A stretch of DNA of 64,000 nt from positions 2,838,084 to 2,902,083 of the forward strand of contig MU056050.1 of the NCBI GenBank assembly GCA_013239625.1. Reading direction: 5' to 3'. The notes beneath the pieces are model-generated. The model did no database searches. It had not been told where the DNA came from and saw only the letters and a list, made by a program, of their open reading frames with translations. This stretch comes from Lama guanicoe (lineage: Eukaryota). Below, one piece after another: positions 38,837-51,230 of the stretch. Each line of letters starts with the position of its first letter. The first letter of the stretch is position 1. The translations under genes were made by a program, and so were the position numbers.

Positions 38837-40057
38837 CTGTGGTATACTTTGCAACATCTTGAATTTTGCCAACAGGATAGTTATTTTCAAAGGAGTAGAG
38901 GTTGAATGGTTTAGGAAGGAGGTTCAACTCTTTCCATACGTGATAATTAGGCGTTGTCCATCTACCAGCAACAACATCATAATCCCTTTGCCCCAGGTGC
39001 ACTAATTTAGTAAGGAAATCATAGAGTCCGCCATGAAAACCAATGATGACCTGAAAGTCAGGGTAAGTGTCATGATAGATATCTCCATAAGGCGTGTACA
39101 AGATCTCTTTTATCACCTGACCTCGACTGCTAAACACGGCTAGTGGGGTGCCCGTATTATCACAGGCTACATAATATTCTTCACCACTGCTTAGCTCCAT
39201 GGCAATAAGGTGACCTTGGAGATCATAATAGAGGGATGTAATCTCTGAGCTCGTGTGGTTGTACAAATGAGTAACTCTTATGGGGTTGGCAAGGTCTGCA
39301 TAAAAGAACTGGAGGTGCTGTCCTAGGCTGGATTTACTGGCGACACGTCGCCCAAGCCCGTCATAGTAATACTGCACAGTCCAGCCAGAAGCCTTATTGT
39401 AGGCTTTCTGCAGCAGACCGTTTGAATTATATTCAAATATGTCATTTCCCCTCTGCCTCAGAAAGCCATCTTCATCCATTTTATACTGAATTTCTCCTAG
39501 TCTGGTGATGCGATCTCGGAGGTCATATCGGAGAGGAGTAAGACGAGCACTATTTCCGTGGCTTAAGAGGTTGATGTTTCCATTCAGATCATAACTGTAA
39601 CGCCACTGGGTTTTGTCATTTACAGAAACAGTTTGAAGTTGCCCATCAGCATCATATTCATAGAAGTATCTTGTTATATTGGCATCTACTCCTACTCTTA
39701 TATCACAGATGACCATTCGGCCCATATTATCGTATTGAATAGTCATCCAGTAGGCAATTGCCTTTAGGATTTCATACTGGACTTCAATGACTTGTCCATT
39801 GGCGCTGAAGATCTTGGTGTGCTTCATCACGGTAGTAGTTATGACTTGATTTAAATCATAATTAATTACACTGAATTTTCCAAACTGCTCTGTTCTACCA
39901 GAGACATCAACATATCGGTACAGATCTATGGGCAAAGGGGTTTCATTTATCACAGCTTGCATGCTGGTGACACGGAAGTTGTTGTAACTGTAGTCAAAGC
40001 GGGCATTCACAAGGCCTTCTTCACTGAATCTGAAAATCTGGCGCCCAATAAGGGGTC
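38837..40057 (-). CDS. TENM1: TENM1 large YD/RHS exon (3rd from last)
   Basis: Acceptor cctgcag|GA; reads (G)[14 protein letters not shown]...QDVAKYTT(D), with many YDxxG motifs and an RHS-core-like GFHGGLYD...YDVVAGRW...NLYSF; donor CAG|gtattt; 1221 nt. Confidence 0.98.
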
Positions 40058-40874
40058 CTGCAGGGATAAAAATAAAAATAAATGAGAAGAAAGCTAGATG
40101 CTTAATATTGAGCAATCAGATAGTTCTAGTGTTCCTTTCTTTACTATCAATGTTTTTACATTGAAAATAAAATATTAGAGATTGACCTCCAATATCTAAT
40201 GCCTGGCCAGCTCATCTCATAGAGAGAGATTCTCATTGTTGTGGTCACCAAATATGAAAAAAAATTATAGTTATAGAATAACTTAATTATAGGAACTACG
40301 CAAGTAATAACCCATTCAGTACTTGAGATAGTGAAACTGATACGGCAAACAGGCTTTCTTTTTATAATTACTGACAAAAATACTTTCAGTTCATTTAACT
40401 TGTGCTATAAAGTCCCAGGGTGAGGTTTTGACAAAGTCTAACATATAAGTAAGTGAATTGGGGCATTTACAAACCCAAAGGATGAAATATAATCAGAAGA
40501 TCTGACTTTTGAAGACATTTTGCCTTCAACTGAGACTTATAGAGGTTACATAGGGCTTGAGGCTCATATCTTGCAGCTGCATCTTTGGGAAGATTTGGTG
40601 GTGAGTAGGGATGGGTATACAGTTAGACTAGATCCTTAGATCTCAACTTTCTTGAGAGCTGAGAGAAAGAAAATACTCTGTATGTTTTTAAGGAATCAGC
40701 TTTCCTGCAGCCTCTAATGTATTTTTAATATTCAATGGAAGAGAATTTGCTAACTCAGGTGAAAGTTGGTTGGACTGAATGTCTATAGGTGAATGCTTCT
40801 GTTTCTGACTGAGGCCAGCAAAAATTCCCTAAGACTGATGTGGTTGTGTACAACACCACTCTTTCACAACCAAC

Positions 40875-41262
40875 CTGTCTGCCTGTATCTGATTGTGCAA
40901 ATGAAGCCATCGTGCATCAGGTGGATTGTCTTAATCACTCCAGAAGACTCTTCATATGTTAATGTGACCTGCGTGGTATCATAGAGAATCTCGGACAGCC
41001 TTGCTTGCTTGGTGTACTTGTATAAAACTCTGCGCCCTGTCCCCAGATGCAGGGTCTGTAGCAGTCGGCCATCTCGACTATAGTCTTGGATAAAAGAAGT
41101 GCTGCTGTCGGGTGGGGTGTAGATGTTCCGGTAGTAGCCCACTGAAAGCATGGTCTGTAAGCTGTGGCGCACCATGCTAGGCATGGTGACTGAGAGCAGA
41201 CAGTCCGATTGGTCATACTCAAAGATATAACGCCGCTGGCTATGTAAGAGAAGCATCACAGA
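40875..41262 (-). CDS. TENM1: TENM1 coding exon (4th from last)
   Basis: Acceptor tttcag|TCT; reads [20 protein letters not shown]...CTIRYRQT(G); donor CAG|gttggt; 388 nt. Confidence 0.96.
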
Positions 41263-41327
41263 CTGAAACGAGACAAAGGCATGACAGCATAATAATTCCA
41301 CTAAAGTTGAAGAGATTAAAGCAAATT

Positions 41328-41960
41328 CACATTCATTCATTCATCCACACGAATTTATCGAGCACTTAATGTCTGCCAGGCACCGTGGTGGACCCTAGTG
41401 GGCAAGAGTGTGTCTATCCTCATGGAACTTAGAGTCTAATGGAAGAGGAAGATGAATAACCAAACAATTACAATACAGTGTGAAATGTGTTAGGACAGGG
41501 GAAGGACAGAATGCCCGTGAGAGGTGGATGAAGAGCAGCTAACCCAGACTTAAGAGGTCAAGGAAGGCGTCCTGGAGACTCTGACATCCAAGTTGAGACC
41601 TGCATGGGGACTAGAGGTGGGCCAGGTGAAGGCAGGGAGGCAGTGAGGCCGACTGGGGAGAGAGTACTCCTGACACAGGGCACAGCATTGTGAGGGTCTG
41701 GACCAGAAAAAGAACATGGCTTTTCCAGAGAACGAGAGGAATTTTGTGTGGCCAGAGCATGGGTGTGTTGTTGGGAGTGGTGACTGGTAAGAGATGAGGC
41801 CAGGCAGGTAGGCTGGATCTTGAGCATTCTGGGCTTTCTAAGCCATGCTAAGGAGTTTGGACTTAAAGCTGTTGGCAACAAGGGATTGAACCACTGAAAG
41901 CAAGTTGAAGGATAAGGGGTTTGCGCCGCTGGAAAAAACAATCCAGTCGGTATTCTAGAA
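41328..41960 (-). mobile_element. L2 LINE fragment
   Basis: Starts with (CATT)n (L2 3' tail reversed), then tttatcgagcact...tgccaggcac and ccatgctaaggagtttggactt motifs. Confidence 0.75.
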
Positions 41961-42106
41961 AAGTTACTTTAACGTGGGGATGGACTGGAGAGAGGTCATT
42001 GGAGGGTAAGGCATGCCACATATGAAGTATTAATCACCAAAAAGTACTGATTGACTTCATATGGTAGATGTCTTTCTCAAAAGTTGTATATAAAATATTA
42101 TTATTA

Positions 42107-42411
42107 TAGCAGTCCCCCCTTATCTACAGTTTTGCTTTCTACCATTTGTTACCCACAGTCAACTGCTGTCTGAAAATATTACATGGAAAATTCCAGAAAT
42201 AAACAATTCAGAAGTTTAAAATTGCATGCCGTTCTGAGTAGTGTGATGAAACCTCACACTGTCCTGCCCAAGATGTGAATCATCCTTTGTCCAGCGTCTC
42301 CACGTTGTACACGCTACCCGCCCCCTAGTGCAGGATTTGGTATTATCCGCAGTTTCAGGCATCCACTGAGGATCTTGGAATGTATCCCTTGTGGGTAAGA
42401 GGGGACTACTG
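42107..42411. mobile_element. MER44-type (Tigger-derived) non-autonomous DNA transposon
   Basis: Terminal inverted repeats TAGCAGTCCCCCCTTATC / GGTAAGAGGGGACTACTG, flanked by TA dinucleotides. Confidence 0.85.
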
Positions 42412-45400
42412 TATTGCTTTGCAATTCATGTTTTAAACTATATTAGGGAAACAGGCCATTGAAAGTGAAAATTCTCTGGTTATGCAAGCCCTCTCCCCCA
42501 AACTGATCTGTATTTCAGAAACAGTTACTTGTTGAGATATGATGCCTCGCATGTAATAGGTGTTTCATTGATACTGGTTTATCTTCTTTTAATTTTCAAT
42601 AGAGACATAAAAGGAACACTGTTTTAGGGAGGACTCAAACCCTATTTCTAACTGAAAACCATTTAAATCTCATCTTTTAATAAAAATAAAAATTGCTCAT
42701 CCCTGAAAATTCTGATATAACTCCCTAGGGAGCTTTGCCCCACCTTTCTTGAGAATTGCCTTATCAAGCAAAAAGATTTAGTTGAGCTTTATTTTCTGAA
42801 CTTTCTGTTATGAAAACAATAGGTATCTTTTCTAAATATAAATTACATAAATATTTATGAATATGAATTACATATATAATGTACATTTAAATTTCCTAAA
42901 TATGAAATTATATTCTCATACTGAATATGCTTCTTGAAACTGCGTGTCCTCCCTGACTTTCTGAGAACTGATTTTGAGTCGCATGTCAGTACTGTGAAGT
43001 CAAAGTCAGCACTTTTTTGCTCGTTCGCTTATACTTTTTCTTTTCCACCAAGTACTCTGCCTGGGGATACAGAGCCATGTGTGGAAACTCTGTCACCTCA
43101 TCACCTGTGGACCTTGGCAGCTCTGGAAACCCTGCTGAACAGAAGGCAGGAGACTCGGAACTCCTGCATGGGCATGAGGACACGAAGGGCCAGGCACCTC
43201 CTTGACCAAGGCAGAACTCAACAGAACCTGGGGGGAGACTGGTGGGAAATGCCTTTGCATCACCTCCATGCTGAAAGCCAGATTTCTCAGCTCCTTTCCA
43301 CTCTCTTCTGTCAATTTGCCATGAACAAATGACATCTGTCACCTGTGATGCGGGCCAGGGACAATCACCATATGGCTCCCACACATTATCTAGTACCAGC
43401 CTGCCTGGGTCAGGCCTTTTCAAGTTGCCGTACCAGCCTTGCCAAACATTTACAGCACATCTCCATTGTGTCCTCTCCCCGTGCTGCAGTAAAGCACTGC
43501 CTGACCCTGTTCCTAGGTGGTGCTGACGCTGCGTTGTCTCGAAAGCTCCCTGGTTTGTTTTATAGCTTCCTGCCAATGGCAAGAATGCGGATGATGTGAT
43601 TAGAAATCTCGTGAGTGTAACTGTTGTGCTGCCAGAATAGCATTTAACTCTCACTTGGCTGCTTCTTCACTTTGGGTGGGCATTATTATCAGTTTGTTCA
43701 AAAACCATGCTTATGAGTCCATCCAATGCCCACTGTGTTGCTACAGGATAAAAGACCTTTCTTATTAGTCCAAACAATAGAGTGGGGGCACTGTATCTTT
43801 TAAAAATGGATTGTGAGATCCTAAAAGATTGTGAGAGCATTGTAAAGAAAAAAAAAAGATCAATCAACGTTGTGTATATTCATTTGAATGGGAATAGAAA
43901 TGAGAGACGGCAGGAATTTGAAAAATTAAAGCATTCGGATGACCACCAGATGGCAGTGTGGGGCCACCTGGAAGCACAAGCCAAAGGCTGCAGTCTGTCC
44001 CTCTAGGCAGCCTTTGAAAATTTCAGCCCCAAAGAGGCAATTTTATGTAAATGTATCAGACCAAAGTTTCTTATTAAATGATTATAAAGTATATTTAAAT
44101 GCATTTAAAAAATGAAATTCTCAAGAATGATTTTTAGAAACGGAAAGATTTACATTTACTCTAATATCAAATTTTAGCCCCACAAGTCTTCAAAATCTAA
44201 TTAACTCAGGGAAGGCTCATAAATCAAAATAAAGAATTAATGACCACATACAGAAGATTTAAGAAACAATAATTGATTTTTTTAGTAGAGAAGAGATCAT
44301 TTGAGCAACCACAGCTATTACCCAAATAATTATTTTTCTCCTAATGGCTACAAACCATTGTGCATGAAAATGATACATGTGACTTTTACTTACTCTAGAG
44401 GAAGTCAAACAATTTTTACAAAATTTCTGCACATTACTGTGAAATAGCTGCTGTTTGCTTTTTAATATATCATGGTATAGGGATGGCAAGCAAATTGACA
44501 GAGGTAATACAAGAAGCATTTTATATATATTTCTATATATAAAATATATATATTTTAAAGTTTGAGATTTTTTACTTCAAAATACACTACAAAAGCCAGT
44601 CTCTTTGTCCTTGTTCTGCCCTAGACATAGTGAAAGAATGTTGCAGCAAAGGCCACGTTAAAAAGAGAACTTGAAAAGAGTCACAGAACCACATCACCTC
44701 ACTGGAAAAGTTACATATAAATTGGATTTTTGTAAATTCAATATTCTTTCTCTTTTTTCCCTAGAATCACAATTTCAAAGATGTTTTAATTTCCTTCCTT
44801 TTTTCCTTCCTTCCCTTCTTTCCTGTTTAATTTTACCTTCAAGTAGCAGTAAGAGCTAGCATTTAAGTTCTCTGACTTGAAAATAAATGCTATAATGCAT
44901 GATTTAAATGGAAAGGAACTAACTTATATTGAATGACTAGATATGCTGGATGTTTTATATTATTTCATTTAATTGCTGCTTCAATTTAGTGAATTACTTA
45001 TTATCACTGGTAATAATAATGTTAATAAAATCAATCTCATGATAAATGATTTTTGGAAAGTAAAGAACCATTTCATAATAATGTGTTTTGTAGGTTCTGA
45101 GTTTTGCCTAATAAGATTGCTTAAGTCAGGGGCTACCTGGTAATTAGAGAACAAATTAAATGTGAAATCAAGACAGGGACAAAAGTCAACTAAAAAGATC
45201 AAGTGATTTCGCTTGTCTCACTGGTCAGTAAACTAGTCTTTGGAAGTCACTGGGGCTTTTCTCAATACATTATTCTGTGTCAATAAGATCTTATTTCTGC
45301 CTACTTCAGACACTGACTCAGAAAGTTGTCTTTGTTTTGTTTTTCAAAGAATTGCTGTCAACTGAGTTTCTGTAGCAAAAAGAACTTAAGTGAAGTTTGC

Positions 45401-45603
45401 GTCACATAATTCTTTGCTGAAGTAAGTGTGATGAAATGATCAGCTAATCCAGAAAAGGGGAACAATTAAATTGCTTCATTGGTGTCAGAGAAAAGGCGAA
45501 ATAACGGTATGCAGGGCTGAAATTTAAGTTTCAACAGGCTCTTTTGTCATTGTATAGACAGCCTAAAGGGAAAGTTCTAGGAGACCCTGATGCAACTGTC
45601 TAT

Positions 45604-45760
45604 AGACACTTAGCTCAGTGGCCAGACTGTGGTGCTAGCGAGGCTGGGGTTATGCGTTCGAAGCCATGCATATCCCTGAGGAGTGCTGGTTGCTTCACTA
45701 GTCAGACATAGACCTGCGGAAGGATCAGCGCAAAGTCATCCTCATTCCTGGAAAAACTAA
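45604..45760 (+). mobile_element. Ancient tRNA-Ile-like SINE (MamSINE1-like) or tRNA pseudogene
   Basis: TTAGCTCAGTGGCCAGACTGTGGTGCTA...GTTCGAAGCC keeps A-box and B-box remnants similar to tRNA-Ile(AAT); too decayed to be a functional tRNA. Confidence 0.5.
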
Positions 45761-47144
45761 TCAGCCTAGCTTCTGCTAGTAATCAGTGGTATCTCTTTTT
45801 TTTCATATGAAGGTCATCATTTTGTGCCTTGCCTCTGTAAACATACCACCAAATATTTGGATCAGTTAATTTTGCAACAAGTTTAGCACTTTGTGAACAT
45901 TAGTCATATGATTTTGCCCATCATTCTTGTTACTGAAATTCAAAAGAGAAAAGAGCCACTCTATAAGATTCAGATGTTCTCAGTGGAGAGTACAGATAAT
46001 AGATTTCATTGATGTCTTCAGCAGAAAAGGACACGGGGTAGGTACAGCAGAGGATTCCCTCCTCTCCTTGGTTCTCAAGAGGAGTTCTGCTTTATCTGCT
46101 AGGCATCTCCAACTTGGCAAATTCCCCAGAGACTGACACTGGGAACTAGCACAATAGTTTTGTAATGACGTACAATCACTGGCACACTTTTTTTTTTTAA
46201 ACTTTCAGAGGTATATCACAAAGGCTTAGCATCATTTGGTGCAAATAGTGAAATTTCACCATGTAAGCCATGAGCTCCTACGAGTTTTCTAAGAACTTCT
46301 AGGGGTTACCTTGCACTGATTACCTCTGACTCCTCAAGGGAAAGCATTTTTCAATTTTCCCAAAAATTAACTCAAAACTGATGAATTGAGTTGAATAGAT
46401 AGATTTTGGGGAAAAAAAGACAATATCTTAGGATATCAGAAATGGAGATGGCAGAGAGATCAATGTCTCTTATTGTCTTCTGCAATTGATCTGGCCAGAA
46501 ACCATTTTGCTGTGTGGGGCTGATGTTTGACAGATGGATCTGGTGGTGGGATTAAAATCCTTGCCCACTCGTAGCAGATGGAGGCCGCGCGCTCCCCTTA
46601 AGAATGCTACTGGAAGTTCATTGCATACAAAGGACTCCTAGCAATGAGGCCCCCACTGCCCACATTTCCTCAGACCCATTACTCAGGAAAATTAGTCCTC
46701 AAATGTATCTTACTAAACCTTCACTGACTATCCTAACAAAATTAGAATTCCTTATCCTCTGTGTAAGAGGCTCTTTTCCAGAGCAGAGATACATTAACAC
46801 GCAATTTTATAATTTTCTACCTATTTTTACTTTCGTGTGAGCTTTCATAATAATAAAGATACATTTTCAGGAGCATGAACAAATATGCTTAAATGAGGAG
46901 AAAGGCATTATCCTGGCTTCAGTTGGAAAGAGTACCTGGCAGAATGTGGGGCTGGGGAAAGTTTTCGGCTGAAAAACAGCTTATCCTTACAGGTAGAATT
47001 TCTGGTTGTTGTTAATTCTATAGCGCAGAACAGCCAGAACACGGACTTCTCTCCTGCAGGTCCTCACCATGGCCAGTAATTCGTGCCGCTGTCAATATAC
47101 TCATTCAGAAACTCAGAACGAGTTTATTTTCCTTACGTACTTAC

Positions 47145-47441
47145 CTTTTCTAAGTAGGTATAACTCCAAATTTTCCCATCAGCCCAAGTTCTTGAAATTA
47201 TTTTCCCACTCTGGTCATATTCCATTTTTTCATTCCACGTCCCTCTTTGAATAAACGTCACCAATCCTGAAGGTGAATATGTGATGTTTACTTCATTATA
47301 TCTGCTTACGGGGGACCACAGAACAGGTCGTCCAGTCTGGTCATAAAGGATTCGAAGGGTGAATTTCCGATGGTCATCATAGATCTTCCCTGTGTGAGTT
47401 ATATGATCAAAATCGATGGAGAGCAGGTTTCTGTTATGGGC
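47145..47441 (-). CDS. TENM1: TENM1 coding exon (5th from last); not in the ORF track
   Basis: Acceptor tttgttgtag|GCC; reads [44 protein letters not shown]...WSYTYLEK; donor AAG|gtaagt; 297 nt, phase 0/0. Confidence 0.95.
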
Positions 47442-48689
47442 CTACAACAAAGAGATACGAACAACGTTTTAAGCACTGCCTTAGTTTCTCCCATCAAATA
47501 CATTCACCAAAGCAAAGCTTTTTCTGATTCTCCAGCAATGGGGTCTCTCTTGCCTTTGAATTCACATGGCTTCATGTTCCTCAGATGACACTTATCTGTA
47601 TTCTCCTGCCAGACTGGACAACCTTGGACAACCTTGTCTTAATCCCTATATGCACCAGATCCTCCACACATGGTTGTTGATGGTTTTTTTTTTCCCAATT
47701 CAAGCCTCAAGTGTGCTAATATGATTTTCAATACTTACATAATCTTATTTTATGTGAGTCAGATGCCTGCTAAGGCATGGGACTTCCCTCTCCTTTTTAC
47801 CAGTGAAGTGGCGAGAACACAGATTGGTGAATTATTTACATAATCAGAAATCAGAAAGAAGGAATAGAGTGAGCCCCCTCTAATTGCTAGAGAGATTCCC
47901 TTTGGCTTCCTTGTTCTTCTGGGCATGGAGTCATATCACTTCACATCTATCACAGGGGACCACAGAGGAACTCAGGTGCTCTCCTGGAGATGCAAGCCCA
48001 CTCAGCAATATTTTCGTGGAGGCCAGCAGGCAAGCATGGCAGGTGTTGGTAGGTCCCCCAGTATTTGCAAGGGTGGCCCTACCAAATGCTAAACGAGGTT
48101 AGAGCATGGAACTCAGTCTGGATCCGGAGTTGAGAAACAGTTCATAGTTCAGCTTGGTTCCGGTCTTAGGCTTCCTTGACTGCATCCCCTCTGTGCTCCT
48201 CGCAGCTGCCAAGTTGTCCAAAAGAAAGCCCGACTCTGAGGAAATTCAGCCGGGTCTACTCAAACAACTAAATGACTTAGTTAGAAAGCCATTAAGTTGG
48301 CTAAAAGACCACTTTTACTGGGTTTTCGAAGCAACTGGACAACTGTCGGGATCTGCTCCACTCTTCAGCTAGCAGTGCCGACGTTTGGCAGACCCACCAG
48401 TAACTGCTGGCTCCATGGAAGATGGAGCTTCGAAGGAGGTGGGTGGAAAGCCAGGGGAAAAGCTTTTAAAATTTATTTTATTTATTTTAGTTCAGTTTGG
48501 TTTAGTTTTCACTTTAGTGAGTTGTTTGCTTTGTTTTATTATAACTTGTTCTGTTGAAATAGTCTGACTCCCAAGAAGTTGCAAAAATGGTACAGAGCCC
48601 TATGCCTTTCACCCAACTTTCAAGGAAAAGACTTTTTAATTTGGGTGGAGGGGGTTCAAGCATATCTGGCAGGAACCAAGGCAAGAATG

Positions 48690-49069
48690 TGTAGGGGAGG
48701 AAAAATCCTTTACCCTCTACCCTTCCAGGTTCTTGGCTGAGGCTCCCGCTCCTCACCCTGTAATAAAAGATTAACAGGAGAAAAACAAACAGAAGTTTAA
48801 TAGCAGATATACCTTTTGTACACATGGGCGAGACCAGGAAAACTGAGTAACTCTCCAAAGTGGCTGAAGCCACCACCCTAAATACCATTTCTAACTAAAG
48901 ACAGAAGATGTTGGGGGCGGGGGAGCCATTATGGGAGGTGACCAGGGAAAAGCACAGTAAACAAGAGTAAGGTTGCTATGCAGATTTAAGTCATTGCTTC
49001 CTCCATCAGCCTAAAATAATCCTTATGCCAAAGAGGCATATTTTGAGGTGACAAATTTTTTCCCTTTCA
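48690..49069 (-). mobile_element. Solo ERV LTR in a TENM1 intron
   Basis: TGTAGGGGAGG...TCCCTTTCA termini with near-TSD AATG/AATA; resembles Laurasiatherian ERV1 LTRs (recalled). Confidence 0.7.
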
Positions 49070-49785
49070 AATAAAAAAGGAGAGGCTTTGAGAAGTGTAA
49101 ATAGCAGTGGCCCTGGAGTCAAGAGACACTGAATTAGCTGCTTGTGTCTGCACCAGTCATTTCTTCTACCCAGGGCCTTAGTTTTCTTATCTGTGAAATG
49201 GGAGTGATATTTACCACTCTACAACACAGACTTGTGCTAAAAATTAAATGAGATTACATATACAGTTACTCGGTGATGTGTAAAAATAATATTAGTAATT
49301 GTCATTACTTTTCTTATTTTAGTTAGGCTTTTGAATAGGTCCGTGTGTCAGATTCTAAGGTGACTGCAGCTTGGCATATTAGATTTATATCTGTAGGAAT
49401 TGTCAATATGATCCTGAGCAGAATGTTAAATACCTGGTTAATGAGGTAGAGGAAAAAACCAACAGTAAGGCTTGACTACGGTAATCATAGTCGGACTAAA
49501 CCAATTCACTAGCTATTTAACTTAACTTCATGTTCATTTTTTTTTTTTTGGTCAAGGATTCCTTTAAATAACTGAAAGTTGTACACTGAGTTCCCAGAAA
49601 AATGAACATAAGCACATAAATGAACATTTTAAATAAAATCTCAAGTGAGTTCTGAAACCAAAACATGAAACCTTTGGGGCTGCTGAGTCAAATTTCAAAA
49701 TTTTAGCTCAGAAAATTAAAAAAAAAATTTTTTTTGTCCATTTACTTCCCACTTTTAAAAATGTTTATTTATTTATTCTGCTAAC

Positions 49786-49900
49786 TTTTTTTTGGAGAAG
49801 GAGGTAATTAGGCTTTTTTTAAATGGAGGTACTAGGGATTGAAACCAGGACCTCGTGCATGCTAAGCATGCACTCTACCACTGGGCTATACCTTCCTCCC
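49786..49900 (-). mobile_element. tRNA-Ala-derived SINE of camelid type
   Basis: - strand reads GGTATAGCCCAGTGGTAGAGTGCATGCTTAGCATGCACGAGGTCCTGGTTTCAATCCCTAGTACCTCCA, then CCTAATTACCTCC and an A-tail. Confidence 0.8.
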
Positions 49901-49934
49901 AAGAAAGAAGTTTTTACATTTTTTTCTTAAAAAT

Positions 49935-50357
49935 TTTTTTCTGTTATTTAAAAAAAATGATATAACTGATGTATAATATTATATTAGTTTCAGGTGTACA
50001 ACATGATTTGATATTTGTATCAAAAATACAAATACCGTATGTTGCAAAATAATCACCACAATAAATCTAGTTAACATCCATCACCACATGTAGTTACAAT
50101 ATTTTTTCTTATGATGAGAACATTGAAGATCTATTCTCTTAGCAACTGTTAGATATACAACACAGTATTATTAACTATAGTCACCATGTAGTACATTACA
50201 TCCCCAGAACTTATTCATCTTATAATTGGAAGTTTGTACCTTTTGAACCCCTTCACCTATTTCACCCACCCTTTACTTCCTGCTTCTGGCAACCACCAAT
50301 CTGTTCTCTGTATCTATGAGCTTTTTTTTTTTTTGGATTCCACATCTAAATGAGATC
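49935..50357 (-). mobile_element. L1 3' UTR fragment
   Basis: Antisense L1 3' end motifs (ttagtttcaggtgtacaaca, ctggcaaccaccaatctgttctctgtatctatgag, gattccacat). Confidence 0.8.
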
Positions 50358-50469
50358 CAGAATTTTCAATCTTTGTGGCCTGGATGACTACAAAGCCAAC
50401 ATTCTCAGTCTTCCTTTGCTCAGTAATCTTGTGCACTCTGCTTTTTAAAATAACCTCCTCAACTACTCC

Positions 50470-51230
50470 TCCACCCCCATTATAAAAGTGATATTTTTTC
50501 ATTGCAGAAAAATTGGAAAATATAGAAGTATACAAAGAAAATAATTACCTGTATTCCCATCCTCCAATGTGAACCACTGCTAATACTTTGCAGCATTTCA
50601 TTTCATTTATCCTACATTTTTTTTGCATAATCTATGTCCATACACTTAAAGAATACCACTAAGACTGTACTTAAAGTTTTATGTCCTACTTTTTCAGCTA
50701 ATGTTTTATCTTGAGCATCCCTCATGTTATTAAATATTCTTAAAGTGTGGATTTTAATGGTTACATAATGTCTTCTACATGATAAATATGTCTTTTCTCC
50801 TATTGGAAATTAACATTTTTGTTTTCCATTTTTCTTTTATCTTTCATATTTTGTTGAACATTTTTGTAAATAAATATTACTTTAATACACAACCCAATAA
50901 GTGAAATTACTGGGTCAAATGATAAGAATATAATAAGGACTCCTGATGCAACTTTAAGTATTTATAGGGCAGAAAGGTTGTACAGATTTCTGCTCTCATT
51001 AACTAGTAGTGAGAGAGTCCATCTCATTCCATCCTTACCAGCATTGTCACTGTTAGTAAGCTTTTCCCAATATGAGAGTGGGGAAAAAGGTATGTTACTG
51101 TGGTTTAAATTTGCATTTATTTGGTTACAAATGAGGTTGAACTCTTTTAAACGTCTACTGGCCACATGTCTGTCCTCTCTGAATTGTCTGCTCAGGAAGT
51201 TTGTCCATTTTTCTATTGGAGTGGAGCACT
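50470..51230 (-). mobile_element. Old L1M fragment
   Basis: Decayed antisense ORF2 C-terminal motifs (catccttaccagca, gtggtttaaatttgcattt, tttgtccatttttctattgg). Confidence 0.55.

Noticed and set aside
45604..45680. Possible tRNA gene
   Set aside because: Acceptor and anticodon stems do not pair well; treated as a SINE head or pseudogene.
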